Part shown: positions 7,922 through 17,830 of the stretch, piece by piece
How the letters are laid out: each line of letters starts with the position of its first letter
Numbering within the stretch: position 1 is the first letter of the stretch
Source: Deltaproteobacteria bacterium
GTDB lineage: Bacteria > Myxococcota_A > UBA796 > JAFGLY01
DNA length: 29,815 nt
NCBI GenBank assembly: GCA_016927815.1
Contig: JAFGLY010000169.1
Span: 1-29,815, forward strand
Direction of reading: 5' to 3'
Notes under the pieces: generated by a model
The model's input: the letters and a program-made list of their open reading frames with translations, nothing else
What the model was told of the DNA's origin: nothing
The model's database searches: none
Translations under genes and position numbers: made by a program

Positions 7922-9117
7922 GGCACCAGCACGGGCGCGATCCGGGCCAGCGCCCAGTCCACCTCGTCCTCGCTGATGACCAGCGGAGGGGCGAAACGGA
8001 TGACCTGGTGGTGGGTCTCCTTGGCCAGGATGCCCGCCTCCATCAGCCGTTCGCAGAACGGCCGGGCCGGCCCGCTCTCGGGCTTGATCTCCACGCCGAT
8101 GAGGAGCCCCTTGCCCCGGATCTCCAGCACGTGGGGGCTGGACATCGCCTCGAGGCCCTCCACGAAGCGCCGGCCCATCCGTTCGGCGCGACCGGCGAGA
8201 TCCTCGTCCACCAGGACGTCGAGGGCCGCGATGCCCACCGCAGCGGCCAGCGGGTTCCCCCCGAAGGTGGAGCCGTGGTCGCCGGGGTGGAAGACGCCCA
8301 TCACCTCGTCCGAGGAGAGGAAGGCGCTCACCGGGTAGAGGCCGCCGCCCAGGGCCTTGCCCAGCGTGAGCCCGTCGGGCCGGATCCCTTCGTGCTCGAA
8401 GCAGAACATCCGGCCGGTGCGGCCGAGGCCGGTCTGGATCTCGTCCAGGACGAGGAGGGCATGGTACCGATCGCACAGCTCGCGGGCCCGGCGGAGGTAC
8501 CCGGCCGGCGGGATCCGGATCCCGGCCTCGCCCTGGATGGGCTCCACCAGGAACGCCACGGTGTTCTCGTCGAACGCGGCTTCCAGAGCCTCGGCGTCGC
8601 CGTAGGGAACCACCGTGAAGCCCGGGGTGAAGGGCCCGAACCCGTCCCGGTACGGGTCCTCGGTGGAGAAGGAGATGATCGTGACCGTACGGCCGTGGAA
8701 GTTGTCGGTACAGACGATGATCCTGGCCTGGTCCTCGGGCACGCCCTTGACCTTGTACCCCCACTTCCGGGCGGCCTTGATCGCCGTCTCCACGGCCTCT
8801 GCGCCGGTGTTCATGGGCAGGGCGCGATCGAAGCCCGACAACCGGCAGAGTCTCTCGAGGAAGGCCCCCAGCCGGTCGTTGTGGAAGGCCCGGCTGGTGA
8901 GGGTCAGGCGTCCCATCTGGGCGATCGCGGCCTCCAGGATGCGCGGGTGGAGGTGGCCCTGATTGAGCGCCGAGTAGGACGAGAGCATGTCCATGAAGCG
9001 GTGGCCCTCGACGTCTTCGACCCACACGCCCTGGCCGCGGGCCAGCACCACGGGCAGCGGGTGGTAGTTGTGAGCGCCGTAGCGGTCGGCGATCTCGATG
9101 ATGGAGCGAGCATCCAT
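7918..9117 (-). CDS. rocD: Ornithine--oxo-acid aminotransferase (class III PLP aminotransferase)
   Basis: ATG at 9115-9117 ([24 protein letters not shown]…). Class-III aminotransferase signatures: [16 protein letters not shown], catalytic-Lys context [19 protein letters not shown]. The N-terminal block ([23 protein letters not shown]) is typical of ornithine aminotransferase rather than ArgD. Confidence 0.85.
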   Translation of the reverse strand: MDARSIIEIADRYGAHNYHPLPVVLARGQGVWVEDVEGHRFMDMLSSYSALNQGHLHPRILEAAIAQMGRLTLTSRAFHNDRLGAFLERLCRLSGFDRALPMNTGAEAVETAIKAARKWGYKVKGVPEDQARIIVCTDNFHGRTVTIISFSTEDPYRDGFGPFTPGFTVVPYGDAEALEAAFDENTVAFLVEPIQGEAGIRIPPAGYLRRARELCDRYHALLVLDEIQTGLGRTGRMFCFEHEGIRPDGLTLGKALGGGLYPVSAFLSSDEVMGVFHPGDHGSTFGGNPLAAAVGIAALDVLVDEDLAGRAERMGRRFVEGLEAMSSPHVLEIRGKGLLIGVEIKPESGPARPFCERLMEAGILAKETHHQVIRFAPPLVISEDEVDWALARIAPVLVP

Positions 9118-9273
9118 GGAAGCCTCTATGCAAGGGGGCGCGACGTACGGCCCCGGGTCGGAGGCACCTATCATCGCCGGGGACGGGCGTCCCCAGGGTC
9201 GCGGGCGCGGATCGTCCCCGGGAGCCGGGCGATGGGATAACAACGCGCGTCTACCGATCGCCGGGAGTCCGCC

Positions 9274-10701
9274 GTGCCCTCCCCTCTCCCGCCGGACGAA
9301 GCCTCCAGCCGGCCCCTCGCCCTGATCCTCGCCGCCGGTCTCGGCACGAGGATGCATGCCTCGGTCGCGAAGGTGCTCCATCCGCTGTGCGGTCGTCCCA
9401 TGGTGTGCTGGGTCGTGGACGCGGCCCGCGAGGCCGGTTGCACGCCCGTGGTCGTGGTCCATCACCAGGAGGACGCGGTCCGGGCCGCCCTGCCCGGGGT
9501 CGCGTGCGTGCGCCAGGAGGCGCCGCGAGGCACCGGCGACGCGGTCCGAGCCGCCCGAGCCGTCCTGCCCGCCACGGGCACCGTCCTGGTGCTACCCGGC
9601 GACACCCCGCTGGTCCGGCCGGCCACCCTGGCGGACCTCCTGGTCCGCCACCCGGGCCGGGCCTGCACGCTGCTCACCCTGCATCCGGCCGACCCCGGGG
9701 CCTACGGCCGCGTGGTGCGGGAGGGCGACCGCGTCCTGGGCGTGGTGGAGGCCGCCGAGGCCACGCCGGTGGAGTTGGGCATCCAAGAGGTGAACGCGGG
9801 CATCTACGCCCTCGACGCCGCCTGGCTCGTGGACCGGGCCCTGCCCGCGCTCCGGCCCCACCCCCCCAAGGGCGAGTTCCACCTCACGGACGTCGTGGCA
9901 CTCGCCGCGAAGGAAGGCCGGCTCGACGCATACGGGTCCGACGATCCGGAGGAACTGGCTGGCGTCAACGACCGGTTGGCCCTGGCGCACGCGGAGGACG
10001 TGCTCCAGGCGCGCATCCTGGCGACCCACGCCCTGGCGGGCGTGACCTTCCAGCGGCCTGCCACGATCCGGGTGGAGGCAGGCGTCGTGCTCGCCCCCGA
10101 CGTCGTGGTAGAGCCGGGCGCGGTGCTCGCCGGCAGCACCGTGGTGGGCGCGGGCGCCCGCATCGGCGCCCACGCCGTCCTATGCGACACCGTCGTGGCC
10201 CCAGGGGCGCGCGTGGAGCCGGGTTCGATCTGCGAGGGCGCACGCGTGGGCGAGGAGGCGGTGGTCGGACCCATGGCCCACCTGAGACCGGGCGCGGTCC
10301 TCGAACGGCGTGCGCGCGCAGGCAACTTCGTGGAGGTGAAGGAGGCGGTGCTGGGCGAGGGGGTCCGCGCCTCCCACCTGTCCTACCTGGGCGACGCCAC
10401 GGTGGGAGAGGGCACCAACGTGGGCGCGGGCACCATCACCTGCAACTACGACGGGTACCAGAAGCTGGCGACCGTGATCGGCAAGGACGTCCTCATCGGA
10501 TCGAACACCGCCTTCGTGGCTCCGGTGTCGGTGGGCGACCACGCGGTGATCGGGGCGGGCAGCGTGGTGACCCACGACGTGCCGGCCGACGCGCTGGCCG
10601 TGGGCCGGGCCCGCCAGGTGACCCACCCGGATGCGGCCCCGCAGGTCCGGGAGCGCTTCCGCTCACGGGCCGCGAGCGCCGGGAGGGACCCCAAGCGGTG
10701 A
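9274..10701 (+). CDS. glmU: Bifunctional UDP-N-acetylglucosamine pyrophosphorylase / glucosamine-1-phosphate N-acetyltransferase
   Basis: GTG start at 9274 with GGGAG 7 nt upstream. N-terminal nucleotidyltransferase motif [11 protein letters not shown], then a left-handed beta-helix hexapeptide-repeat C-terminal half (many [LIV]G.... repeats, [14 protein letters not shown]). Confidence 0.85.
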   Translation: MPSPLPPDEASSRPLALILAAGLGTRMHASVAKVLHPLCGRPMVCWVVDAAREAGCTPVVVVHHQEDAVRAALPGVACVRQEAPRGTGDAVRAARAVLPATGTVLVLPGDTPLVRPATLADLLVRHPGRACTLLTLHPADPGAYGRVVREGDRVLGVVEAAEATPVELGIQEVNAGIYALDAAWLVDRALPALRPHPPKGEFHLTDVVALAAKEGRLDAYGSDDPEELAGVNDRLALAHAEDVLQARILATHALAGVTFQRPATIRVEAGVVLAPDVVVEPGAVLAGSTVVGAGARIGAHAVLCDTVVAPGARVEPGSICEGARVGEEAVVGPMAHLRPGAVLERRARAGNFVEVKEAVLGEGVRASHLSYLGDATVGEGTNVGAGTITCNYDGYQKLATVIGKDVLIGSNTAFVAPVSVGDHAVIGAGSVVTHDVPADALAVGRARQVTHPDAAPQVRERFRSRAASAGRDPKR

Positions 10702-12965
10702 GGGATCCACCCCACCTGGAGGGCCTGAACCCGGAGCAGCGGGAGGCGGTGCTCCATACCGAGGGTCCGCTCCTCATCCTGGCGGGTGCGGGGTCGGGCA
10801 AGACCCGCGTGCTGACCCGCCGGGTGGCGCACCTGGTCCACCTCGGGGTGCCCCCGGAGTCCATCCTGGCCGTGACCTTCACGAACAAGGCGGCCGACGA
10901 GATGCGGCGCCGGGTCCAGGCGTTGGTGGGGGAATCCGCGCGGTGGATCCACGTCTCGACGTTCCACTCGGCCTGTGCGCGGTTCCTGCGTCGGGACGCC
11001 GAGATCCTGGGCTACCGGCCCCACTTCGCCATCTACGACGACGAGGACACGCTCCGCCTCCTCACGCAGATCGTGAAGGAGCTGGGCATCGACCCGAAAC
11101 GCCACCCGCCCCGGGGGTTCAGGGCGCTCGTGGACCAGGCCAAGAACCACATGCAGGGGCCCGAGGAGGCCACCCGGCCCGGAGGCGTGGCTCACGACCG
11201 CAGTCCGGGCATGCGGTTCGCCGAGGTCTTCCGTCGCTACGAAGCCATGCTCAGGATCTCCAACGCCCTGGACTTCAACGACCTCGTGAACCGGATGGTC
11301 GAGCTGCTGGAGATGCACGACGCGATCCGCGAGGCCTACCAGAGGCGCTTCCGGTACCTGCTCGTGGACGAGTACCAGGACACCAACCACGCCCAGTACC
11401 GCCTGGTGAAGGCCCTGGCCGAGGGTACACGCAACGTGGCCGTGGTGGGCGACGACGACCAGTCCATCTACTCGTTCCGCGGGGCGGACGTCCGAAACAT
11501 CCTGGACTTCGAGAAGGACTTTCCCGATGCCCGGGTGGTACGCCTCGAGCAGAACTACCGCTCCACCGGCCACATCCTCCGGGCAGCCAGCGCGCTCGTG
11601 CACCACAACCGCGACCGGAAGGAGAAGACGCTCTGGACCGACGCGCCGGATGGCTACCGAGTGGTCCTGCGCGTGGCCCGGGACGAGGAGGAGGAGGCCG
11701 AGCGGGTGGTCCGGGAGATCGCGCGGCAGATGCGCGAGGGGCGCAAGGCGGAGGCATTCGCGGTGTTCTACCGGATCAACGCGGCCAGTCGCCCCGTCGA
11801 ATCGGCCCTTCGAAAGGCCGCGATCCCCTACGTTGTGGTGGGCGGCCGGAAGTTCTACGAACGCCGCGAGGTGCGCGACATGGTCGCCTTCCTGCGGCTC
11901 GTGGTCAACCCGTACGACGACATGGCCTTCTTGAGGGTGGTGAACGTCCCGGCTCGCGGCATCGGAACCGCGACCCTGACCCGCCTCCACGCGCAGGCGG
12001 ACCGGGAGGGGGGAGGCCTGCTCCACACGGCCCGGCGGTTTGCCGACACGCAGAGCCGGGCGGCCCTGGCGGTGGGGCGATTCGTCGCGATCGTGGACCG
12101 GCTCACCCAGGCCGCCCAGGACCACGATCCCGGGCAGCTCGTGCTCCAGGCGGCCGAGACGAGCGGCTACCTGGGCGCGCTCCGGGCCGAGGAAACCCCG
12201 GATGCCCAGGGCCGCATCGAGAACATCCTGAGCCTGGCCCGGGACGGCGCGGACGCGGCCGCGGAGGTCGGAGAGGAGGCCAGCCCGCTCGCGGCGCTCG
12301 AGCGCCTCCTCGAGCGTGCGACGCTCGTGGGGCAGGACTCGGAGATCCCCGACGGCGGCGCGGTGACGCTCATGACCGTGCACCTGGCCAAGGGGCTCGA
12401 GTACCCGGTCGTGTTCGTCGTGGGCCTCAACGACGGCGGCTTCCCGCACGTCCGCGCCCGCGAGACCCGGGCGGCGCTCGAGGAGGAGCGGCGGCTCGCC
12501 TACGTGGCCATCACGCGTGCGCGCGAGCGGCTCTACCTCTCCCGACCCTTGAGGCGTCGGGTACCCGGCAGCGGGATGTGGTCGGCCGTCGCGCCGTCCC
12601 CCTTCCTGTGGGAGCTCCCGCCCGAAGCGATCGAGGCCCCCGAGCGGAGCGGGTTCCTGCCCGGCGCCGGCATCCGCCCCGGGCCCGGTCGTTTCTCGGG
12701 CTTCGGGTATCCGGACCTCGGAAACGCCGATCCGCCGGCCGTGCCACGCCCGCTGCGAACGGTCCGGCGCTCGATCGAGGTGGAGGACCCCGACCTGTTC
12801 CGGCCGGGACTCCAGGTCCGCCATCGGGTGCATGGCATCGGGACGATCCTCGACCTCGAGGGCCGAGGTCCGCTCATGCGCCTCCGGGTCCGCTTCCCCC
12901 GCTCGGGGACGCGTCTCCTTCGCCTCAAGGAGGCCCATCTCGAGATCGTGGAGGAGGAGGAGTAG
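10698..12965 (+). CDS. uvrD: ATP-dependent DNA helicase UvrD/PcrA (superfamily 1)
   Basis: GTG at 10698 overlaps the glmU TGA (GTGA). LEGLNPEQREAV, Walker A AGAGSGKTRVLTRR, DEYQDTN (motif II), VVGDDDQSIYSFRGAD, VHLAKGLEYPVVFVVG, YVAITRAR, and a C-terminal Tudor-like tail. The N-terminal 437 codons of the 1192-aa ORF overlap glmU out of frame and are spurious. Confidence 0.85.
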   Translation: MRDPPHLEGLNPEQREAVLHTEGPLLILAGAGSGKTRVLTRRVAHLVHLGVPPESILAVTFTNKAADEMRRRVQALVGESARWIHVSTFHSACARFLRRDAEILGYRPHFAIYDDEDTLRLLTQIVKELGIDPKRHPPRGFRALVDQAKNHMQGPEEATRPGGVAHDRSPGMRFAEVFRRYEAMLRISNALDFNDLVNRMVELLEMHDAIREAYQRRFRYLLVDEYQDTNHAQYRLVKALAEGTRNVAVVGDDDQSIYSFRGADVRNILDFEKDFPDARVVRLEQNYRSTGHILRAASALVHHNRDRKEKTLWTDAPDGYRVVLRVARDEEEEAERVVREIARQMREGRKAEAFAVFYRINAASRPVESALRKAAIPYVVVGGRKFYERREVRDMVAFLRLVVNPYDDMAFLRVVNVPARGIGTATLTRLHAQADREGGGLLHTARRFADTQSRAALAVGRFVAIVDRLTQAAQDHDPGQLVLQAAETSGYLGALRAEETPDAQGRIENILSLARDGADAAAEVGEEASPLAALERLLERATLVGQDSEIPDGGAVTLMTVHLAKGLEYPVVFVVGLNDGGFPHVRARETRAALEEERRLAYVAITRARERLYLSRPLRRRVPGSGMWSAVAPSPFLWELPPEAIEAPERSGFLPGAGIRPGPGRFSGFGYPDLGNADPPAVPRPLRTVRRSIEVEDPDLFRPGLQVRHRVHGIGTILDLEGRGPLMRLRVRFPRSGTRLLRLKEAHLEIVEEEE

Positions 12966-12990
12966 GCCCGCCGGCCGAGGCCGCCTGACC

Positions 12991-15900
12991 TTACGGGGTC
13001 CACGTGAGGGACAGCCCCACCGATCTCCCGTCGCGGGTCTCCTCGGTGACGTTGCCGGCCACGGTCTGGCGGGAGGGCCAGTCGAGCAGGTTGGAGACCT
13101 TGAGCCGGACCTGCCAGTGGGGGCCAAAGCCCTGGGTCGCGACCATGTCCACCCGGTGCACGGGCTCCTCGTAGGCGTCGGGGATCCCCGACTTGCCGAC
13201 CTCGACGATCCGCGGTCCGAAGGCGTTGTAGAGGAGTGAGACAGAGGTCCTGACGTCGGGGTTCTCGTAGCTCAACTGGGCGTTGACCACCCAGGGGGAC
13301 TGACCCTGCAGGGGGCGTTCCTCCGACGTCTGGTTGCCCTCCGTGTCGGAGAGGTCGACCTTCGACGAGATGAGCGAGACGTTGGAGCTGGCGTACACGT
13401 CCTCGAGCAGCGGGAGGAGGGCGTCCAGGCGCTGCCGGAACTCCAGCTCCGCACCCAGGTTGGTCGCGCTCGTCGCGTTGTCGAACGTGCCCAGGCTGCC
13501 GGACACCGCGCTCACGGCGACCACCGACTCGATCGGGTGGTCGAAGTACTTGAAGAAGGCCCCGACCGAGAGGCTCTCCCCCGCACGGGGGTACCATTCC
13601 CAGCGCAGGTCGAGGTTGTCGATGGTGGCTCGCTCGAGGTCCGGGTTTCCATAGAGGGAGCGACCGGTGCGGTAGTCGTAGTAGGCCACCTCGGTCAACT
13701 CACGGAACTCGGGTCGGGACAGGGTGCGCCCGTAGCCGGCCCTGAGGAGCATCCCGTCCGGATCCGCGGCGTTGCCCAGGCCGATGGTCACGGTGGCGGC
13801 TGGCAGTACGTCCCGAGACTCGAGGGTTGCCTCCACAGGTTCCTTGCTCGTGTCGAACAGTTCGAACGTCGTCACGCCCTGTACGGAATGCTCGTACCGC
13901 AGGCCGGCCAGCGTGCGGAGGCGCGAAGTCCAGGCCGCGTCGATCATGCCGTACGCTCCCCGGAGCGACTGGCTTGCCGTGTAGTCGTCCGAGTTGGCGG
14001 TGTTCTCTTCAATCTGCAGGTAGCCCGGATCCCCCTCCTCCTCGGCCCCGATGTTGGAGGGCACGATGACCTGGTCGATGGGAGCCGTGAGGTCGATGCC
14101 CTCGGTGCCCTTGAAGCCGTAGGAGAAGCGCCGGACGGTGGAGGCCCGATCGCGGCTCGCCCTGGCGCCTCCGACCTTGATGACGGTGTCGTGGCCGACT
14201 CGCGGGAGGTGCCAGGCGAGGTCCAGCCTCAGGTCACGGGTGGTGTCGTCGAGGGTCTGGTACTGGATGTCGTTCCACCCCCCACGCTGGGAGAGCACCA
14301 GGCCTTCCTCGGTGTCCAGGTAGGTCCACTCCCGTCGGTCGGGCTCGAGCCGCGTCGCGAACGCCAGGGCGTAGCGGGCGGCGGCCTCGACACGACCGAG
14401 GTCCACGTCCAGGGCGAGCTGCTCGAAGGCGAGTTGCTGCTCCACCCAGTCGATCCGCTCGTTGTAGGTGTCGCTGCTGCCCTCCGGGTCGTCCCAGGTC
14501 CAGCGGAGCGCGGTCCCCTGGGAGGCCCGATTGATGAGCGTCGTCGAGGAGAAGCGGACCACGTCCCTCCAGTCCAGGCCGAGGGAGAGGGCCCCGCCCA
14601 CGCGGACCCGGTTCGAGGTGTCCACGAACGCCGTGCGGCGGGCGACCTGGAGTCGGTCCAGGCCCGCTGCGTACACGGTCCGGACCCCCTCCTCGACGTT
14701 CCATGCGTTCGAGTAGACCAGAGCGCCCAGAGCCCCCAGTTCGGCCTCCCCGACCTTCCACCTCCGGCCGGCGCTCGCGGTCAGGCCGAGGTCGGGAGGC
14801 AGCGTACGCGCCTCGTGGGTCCAGCGATTGGGGATCATCTCCCCGTAGCGCTCGAGTTCCTCGGGCGAGTACCCGAGGTCCGAGAAGATCCCCTTGGACT
14901 TCAACGGCTGCTCGGCGCTGGCCTCGGCGACCTCTGCTGGGAGGGCCCGCCAGCCGGCCCCTACCCCCAGCCAGTCGGTGGGACCGGACGGCGCGACCCG
15001 TGCGTCGGAAAGGGTGGCCCCCCCCACCCACGTCCCCGACACACCGAGGCTCAGGACCGGCGTCTCCGGGATGCTCCGCGTGCGGATCTCCACCACCCCG
15101 CCTCCGAACTCACCCGGCCGGTCCGGAGAGAACGTCTTCTGGACGACGATGGCCTCGATGAGGGCGGTTGGGAAGAGGTCGAGGGGCACGACCCTCTTCT
15201 CCGGTTCCGGGCTCGGCAAGGCCGAGTCGTTGAGCAGGGTGGAGGAGTAGCGATCGCCCAGCCCGCGTACATAGACGTACCTGCCGCCGATCACGGTCAG
15301 GCCCGTGACCCGCTTCAGCGCAGCGGCGGCGTCGCTGTCGCCGGCCCGGGTCATCTGCTCGGCCCCCAGCACGTCGGATACCGCAGCCGCCTCTTTGCGC
15401 TCATCGAGGAGCGAGGCGGTACCGCCCGTGATCCGAGGCGCCGTGATCGTCAGGTCCGAGAGGACCAGCCCGATCTTCTCCAGGGAGAAGGAGAGGGAGC
15501 GCGCCTCGCCGGGAACCACCCGGACGGTCTGGGTGTGGGCCTCGTAGCCGGCGCGGATGGCGGTGACCTCCCATGTCCCTGCGGGCAGGGTGAGCGAACC
15601 GGTGCCGTCCGCAGCGGTCGTGGCGGCCGCCCCCGCGCCCCTGACGAACAGCCGTACGTCGGCGAGAGGGACTCCGGCGGACCGATCGGTGACCGTTCCG
15701 ACCACCGTTCCGGGCGGACCGGCCGGCACCACCGCCACGGCCTCCTCCACAGACGGCGCTTCCAGATGGACCTGAGGCTCCCCTGCACCCACCGTGACCA
15801 GCATCTCGGTGGTCCGGCCAGCGGCCACGGGCACCTCGGACACGGCTGCGACCGGAAGGCCTGGAGCTTCGACGTGCACCTCGACCCGGCCGGGCAGGAG

Positions 15901-16065
15901 GTCGATGCGGAAGACCCCCCACTCGTCGGTCCGGACCTCGGTCTCGCCCGCCCACACCCGGGCGTCCGGCACCGGCGTTCCGTCGACGTCGAAGACCACC
16001 CCCGAGAGGGATCCGGTCTGGGCCAGGGCGGCGCCCGCCAGGAGCAGGAGGGCGATCAAGGACAC
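12991..16065 (-). CDS. TonB-dependent outer-membrane transporter with N-terminal carboxypeptidase-regulatory-like (CarboxypepD_reg) domains (Oar-like)
   Basis: Proposed GTG at 16063-16065 (GGGGGAG 7 nt upstream) gives signal peptide MSLIALLLLAGAALA-QTG. Two roughly 80-aa CarboxypepD_reg-like beta-sandwich modules follow (GSLSGVVFDVDGTPVPDARV…; GTVVGTVTDRSAGVPLADVRLFV…). The Plug domain (AVSDVLGAEQMTRAGDSDAAAALKRVTGLTVIGGRYVYVRGLGDRYSSTLLN) is followed by a long beta-barrel. The 5' extension to 17079 overlaps the TPR gene and is spurious. Confidence 0.8.
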   Translation of the reverse strand: MSLIALLLLAGAALAQTGSLSGVVFDVDGTPVPDARVWAGETEVRTDEWGVFRIDLLPGRVEVHVEAPGLPVAAVSEVPVAAGRTTEMLVTVGAGEPQVHLEAPSVEEAVAVVPAGPPGTVVGTVTDRSAGVPLADVRLFVRGAGAAATTAADGTGSLTLPAGTWEVTAIRAGYEAHTQTVRVVPGEARSLSFSLEKIGLVLSDLTITAPRITGGTASLLDERKEAAAVSDVLGAEQMTRAGDSDAAAALKRVTGLTVIGGRYVYVRGLGDRYSSTLLNDSALPSPEPEKRVVPLDLFPTALIEAIVVQKTFSPDRPGEFGGGVVEIRTRSIPETPVLSLGVSGTWVGGATLSDARVAPSGPTDWLGVGAGWRALPAEVAEASAEQPLKSKGIFSDLGYSPEELERYGEMIPNRWTHEARTLPPDLGLTASAGRRWKVGEAELGALGALVYSNAWNVEEGVRTVYAAGLDRLQVARRTAFVDTSNRVRVGGALSLGLDWRDVVRFSSTTLINRASQGTALRWTWDDPEGSSDTYNERIDWVEQQLAFEQLALDVDLGRVEAAARYALAFATRLEPDRREWTYLDTEEGLVLSQRGGWNDIQYQTLDDTTRDLRLDLAWHLPRVGHDTVIKVGGARASRDRASTVRRFSYGFKGTEGIDLTAPIDQVIVPSNIGAEEEGDPGYLQIEENTANSDDYTASQSLRGAYGMIDAAWTSRLRTLAGLRYEHSVQGVTTFELFDTSKEPVEATLESRDVLPAATVTIGLGNAADPDGMLLRAGYGRTLSRPEFRELTEVAYYDYRTGRSLYGNPDLERATIDNLDLRWEWYPRAGESLSVGAFFKYFDHPIESVVAVSAVSGSLGTFDNATSATNLGAELEFRQRLDALLPLLEDVYASSNVSLISSKVDLSDTEGNQTSEERPLQGQSPWVVNAQLSYENPDVRTSVSLLYNAFGPRIVEVGKSGIPDAYEEPVHRVDMVATQGFGPHWQVRLKVSNLLDWPSRQTVAGNVTEETRDGRSVGLSLTWTP

Positions 16066-17198
16066 GCTCCCCCGGACGTGCAGGTCTCCATGGCCACCCG
16101 CAACTGGGTGGCCCTGGCGTAGGCCTCGGGCTCGCTGATGGTCGCCAGCCAGCGCTCGGACCGGTCGAACGCGCCCAGGTGGAACCAGGCGAAGGCCAGA
16201 CCGTAGGCGATGCCGTCGTCGTCGCCCAGATCCAGGCGGAGCAGTCGCTCTTCGAGCGCGACGGCTCGCTCCCACTCCTCGCCCTCCAGGAGCAGGCCCA
16301 GGCGCTGCCGGGCCTTGGCCACGGGATCGACCACCTGACCGTTCATCCGCTGGGCGGCATCCAGGTCGCCCGCTCGGCGGTAGGCCTCGGCGGCCTCGAG
16401 TGCGAGCGCGGGGTCGAGCGTGGCCGCGCGCTCGAGGAATCGTCCCGCGTTGCGCGGCTGCCCGTCGTCGATCGCTGCGCGGGCCGACTGCACCAGCAGG
16501 TCGCGGTCGTTTCCCTGGCGGAGCAGGGCGGCCTCGAGGATGACCATCGCTTCCCCGGTGTCCCCGCCACGTCGAAGCGCCTCGGAGATGGCGATGGCGT
16601 CCTTCGCATCGGAGTCCTGACGGGCCAGGAGCGCTTCGCCATGCTCGCGCGCCTCCCGGAGGAGGCCGAGACGGACGAGCAGGAAGACCTGCTGGCGTCT
16701 CAGGTCCGGCTGGTCGGGAAGCCGGTTCGCCCCTTGCTCCAAGGCGTTCCAGGCCTCGGCCGGCCGGCCGATCTCCTCGTACGCCTGGGCTCGCAGCAGC
16801 CACGTACCGGGCAGGCTCTCCCCCATCTGGCCGGTGCGGTCGAGGGCCTCGAGCGCCCGCACGGGGTCCCTTGCCGCGAGGAGTGCCCGCGCGAGGTGCA
16901 ACTCGAGCAACTCCCGCCCCTCGGTCGCCGTCTCGAGGGCACGCTGGAACGAGACCGATGCCGCGATCGCCTTCTTCTCGTGCAGCTCGACGAGACCGCG
17001 GAGCATCCAGAGCCTCTCGGGATCGGCTCTCTCGGCATCCAGGGGGATTTCCGCCAGTATCTCGGAAGCCCGAGCCCACTGGCCCTCGCGGACGAGCAGG
17101 CCCGCGAGCGCGACCGGGTCCTCTTCGGGCACGGCCTCACGGGGCCTGGCCTCCGCCACGCCGATGAGGATCAGCCACAAGGCCAGCCAATGGCGCAT
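16056..17198 (-). CDS. TPR-repeat protein with signal peptide (TtpD-like component of the TonB2-type system)
   Basis: ATG at 17196-17198, MRHWLALWLILIGVAEA signal, then TPR-like helical repeats (Ala/Leu/Arg/Glu-rich, W/Y..A..G motifs). The stop overlaps the TBDT start by 10 nt; the start lies 3 nt downstream of the tonB stop. Confidence 0.75.
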   Translation of the reverse strand: MRHWLALWLILIGVAEARPREAVPEEDPVALAGLLVREGQWARASEILAEIPLDAERADPERLWMLRGLVELHEKKAIAASVSFQRALETATEGRELLELHLARALLAARDPVRALEALDRTGQMGESLPGTWLLRAQAYEEIGRPAEAWNALEQGANRLPDQPDLRRQQVFLLVRLGLLREAREHGEALLARQDSDAKDAIAISEALRRGGDTGEAMVILEAALLRQGNDRDLLVQSARAAIDDGQPRNAGRFLERAATLDPALALEAAEAYRRAGDLDAAQRMNGQVVDPVAKARQRLGLLLEGEEWERAVALEERLLRLDLGDDDGIAYGLAFAWFHLGAFDRSERWLATISEPEAYARATQLRVAMETCTSGGACP

Positions 17199-17200
17199 CG

Positions 17201-17830
17201 TCACTCCAGCGCGAAGCGCAGCGTCTGCCGGACGCGGACGGCCACGGGGGCGCCCTCCTGGCGCCCGGGTTCGAACGTCCACTCCTCGACCGCCATGACC
17301 GCCGCTTCGTCGAAGGTGCCCGGGGGCTCGGCCTCCACCACGTGGATGTCCTGTGCCGATCCGTCCACGTCGACCACGAAGCTCAGGGTGACGAAGCCCG
17401 AGAGCCCGAGAGCCCGAGCCCTCGCGGGGAAGGACGGCGGCTCCTGCCGGGTCGGGCGGGGAGGCACCTCCACCGCATCCTCGTCGATCACGGACGCTCC
17501 GAGATCCTGGACGAGCGCCTCCGTCACCCCGCTGAGCGCCAGGTCGGCGGCGTCGCCGAAGCCGAAGTCCAGGCCCTCCAGGCCCGCCGCGAGCAGAGGC
17601 GCCGCAGAGGGCCCCTTGCGTGCGGCCTGGCGGGCGGCCCCGGTCCGCCGCGGGCGGGACGCCCTCTGGGCGGCAGGTCGAGCGGGCACGGCGATCTCCT
17701 GGACCACGCTCACGGGCTCCAGTGCACGCTTCTCCACCTGGGCGTTCATTCCGAGGCTCAGCGCACACACGCCCGCCGTCCCCAGAACCGCGATGCCCAT
17801 GGCAGCGAGATGGCGCAGCAGGTCAGCCAT
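17201..17830 (-). CDS. tonB: TonB-family energy transducer
   Basis: ATG at 17828-17830 overlaps the exbD end (8 nt). N-terminal TM anchor (LAAMGIAVLGTAGVCALSL), a Pro/Ala/Arg-rich spacer, and a C-terminal TonB_C fold (ARARALGLSGFVTLSFVVDVDGSAQDIHVVEAEPPGTFDEAAVMAVEEWTFEP). Confidence 0.75.
   Translation of the reverse strand: MADLLRHLAAMGIAVLGTAGVCALSLGMNAQVEKRALEPVSVVQEIAVPARPAAQRASRPRRTGAARQAARKGPSAAPLLAAGLEGLDFGFGDAADLALSGVTEALVQDLGASVIDEDAVEVPPRPTRQEPPSFPARARALGLSGFVTLSFVVDVDGSAQDIHVVEAEPPGTFDEAAVMAVEEWTFEPGRQEGAPVAVRVRQTLRFALE

Noticed and set aside
7922-9133. Upstream extension of ORF 7160..9133 (657 aa)
   Set aside because: It overlaps rocD out of frame and is Arg/Gly/Pro-rich. The internal ATG at 7919-7921 is coupled to the rocD stop.
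10205-10225. tRNA-like T-arm string (gggttcgatctgc) at about 10213
   Set aside because: It lies inside the glmU hexapeptide-repeat coding region with no flanking acceptor or anticodon stem context. No credible tRNA found.
9387-10697. N-terminal 437 codons of the 1192-aa ORF 9387..12965
   Set aside because: They overlap glmU in a different frame and are Arg/Gly/Pro junk. The real helicase begins at the GTG at 10698 (LEGLNPEQREAV…), which overlaps the glmU stop.
13537-16122. 861-aa plus-strand ORF antisense to the TonB-dependent transporter
   Set aside because: No motifs and Gly/Arg/Pro-rich. The minus-strand frame has Plug and barrel signatures and a signal peptide.
17380-17425. Short tandem repeat gagagcccgagagcccgag in tonB
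   Set aside because: It encodes the ARARALGLSG stretch of TonB in frame. It is trivial coding microsatellite-like sequence in a Pro/Ala-rich linker.
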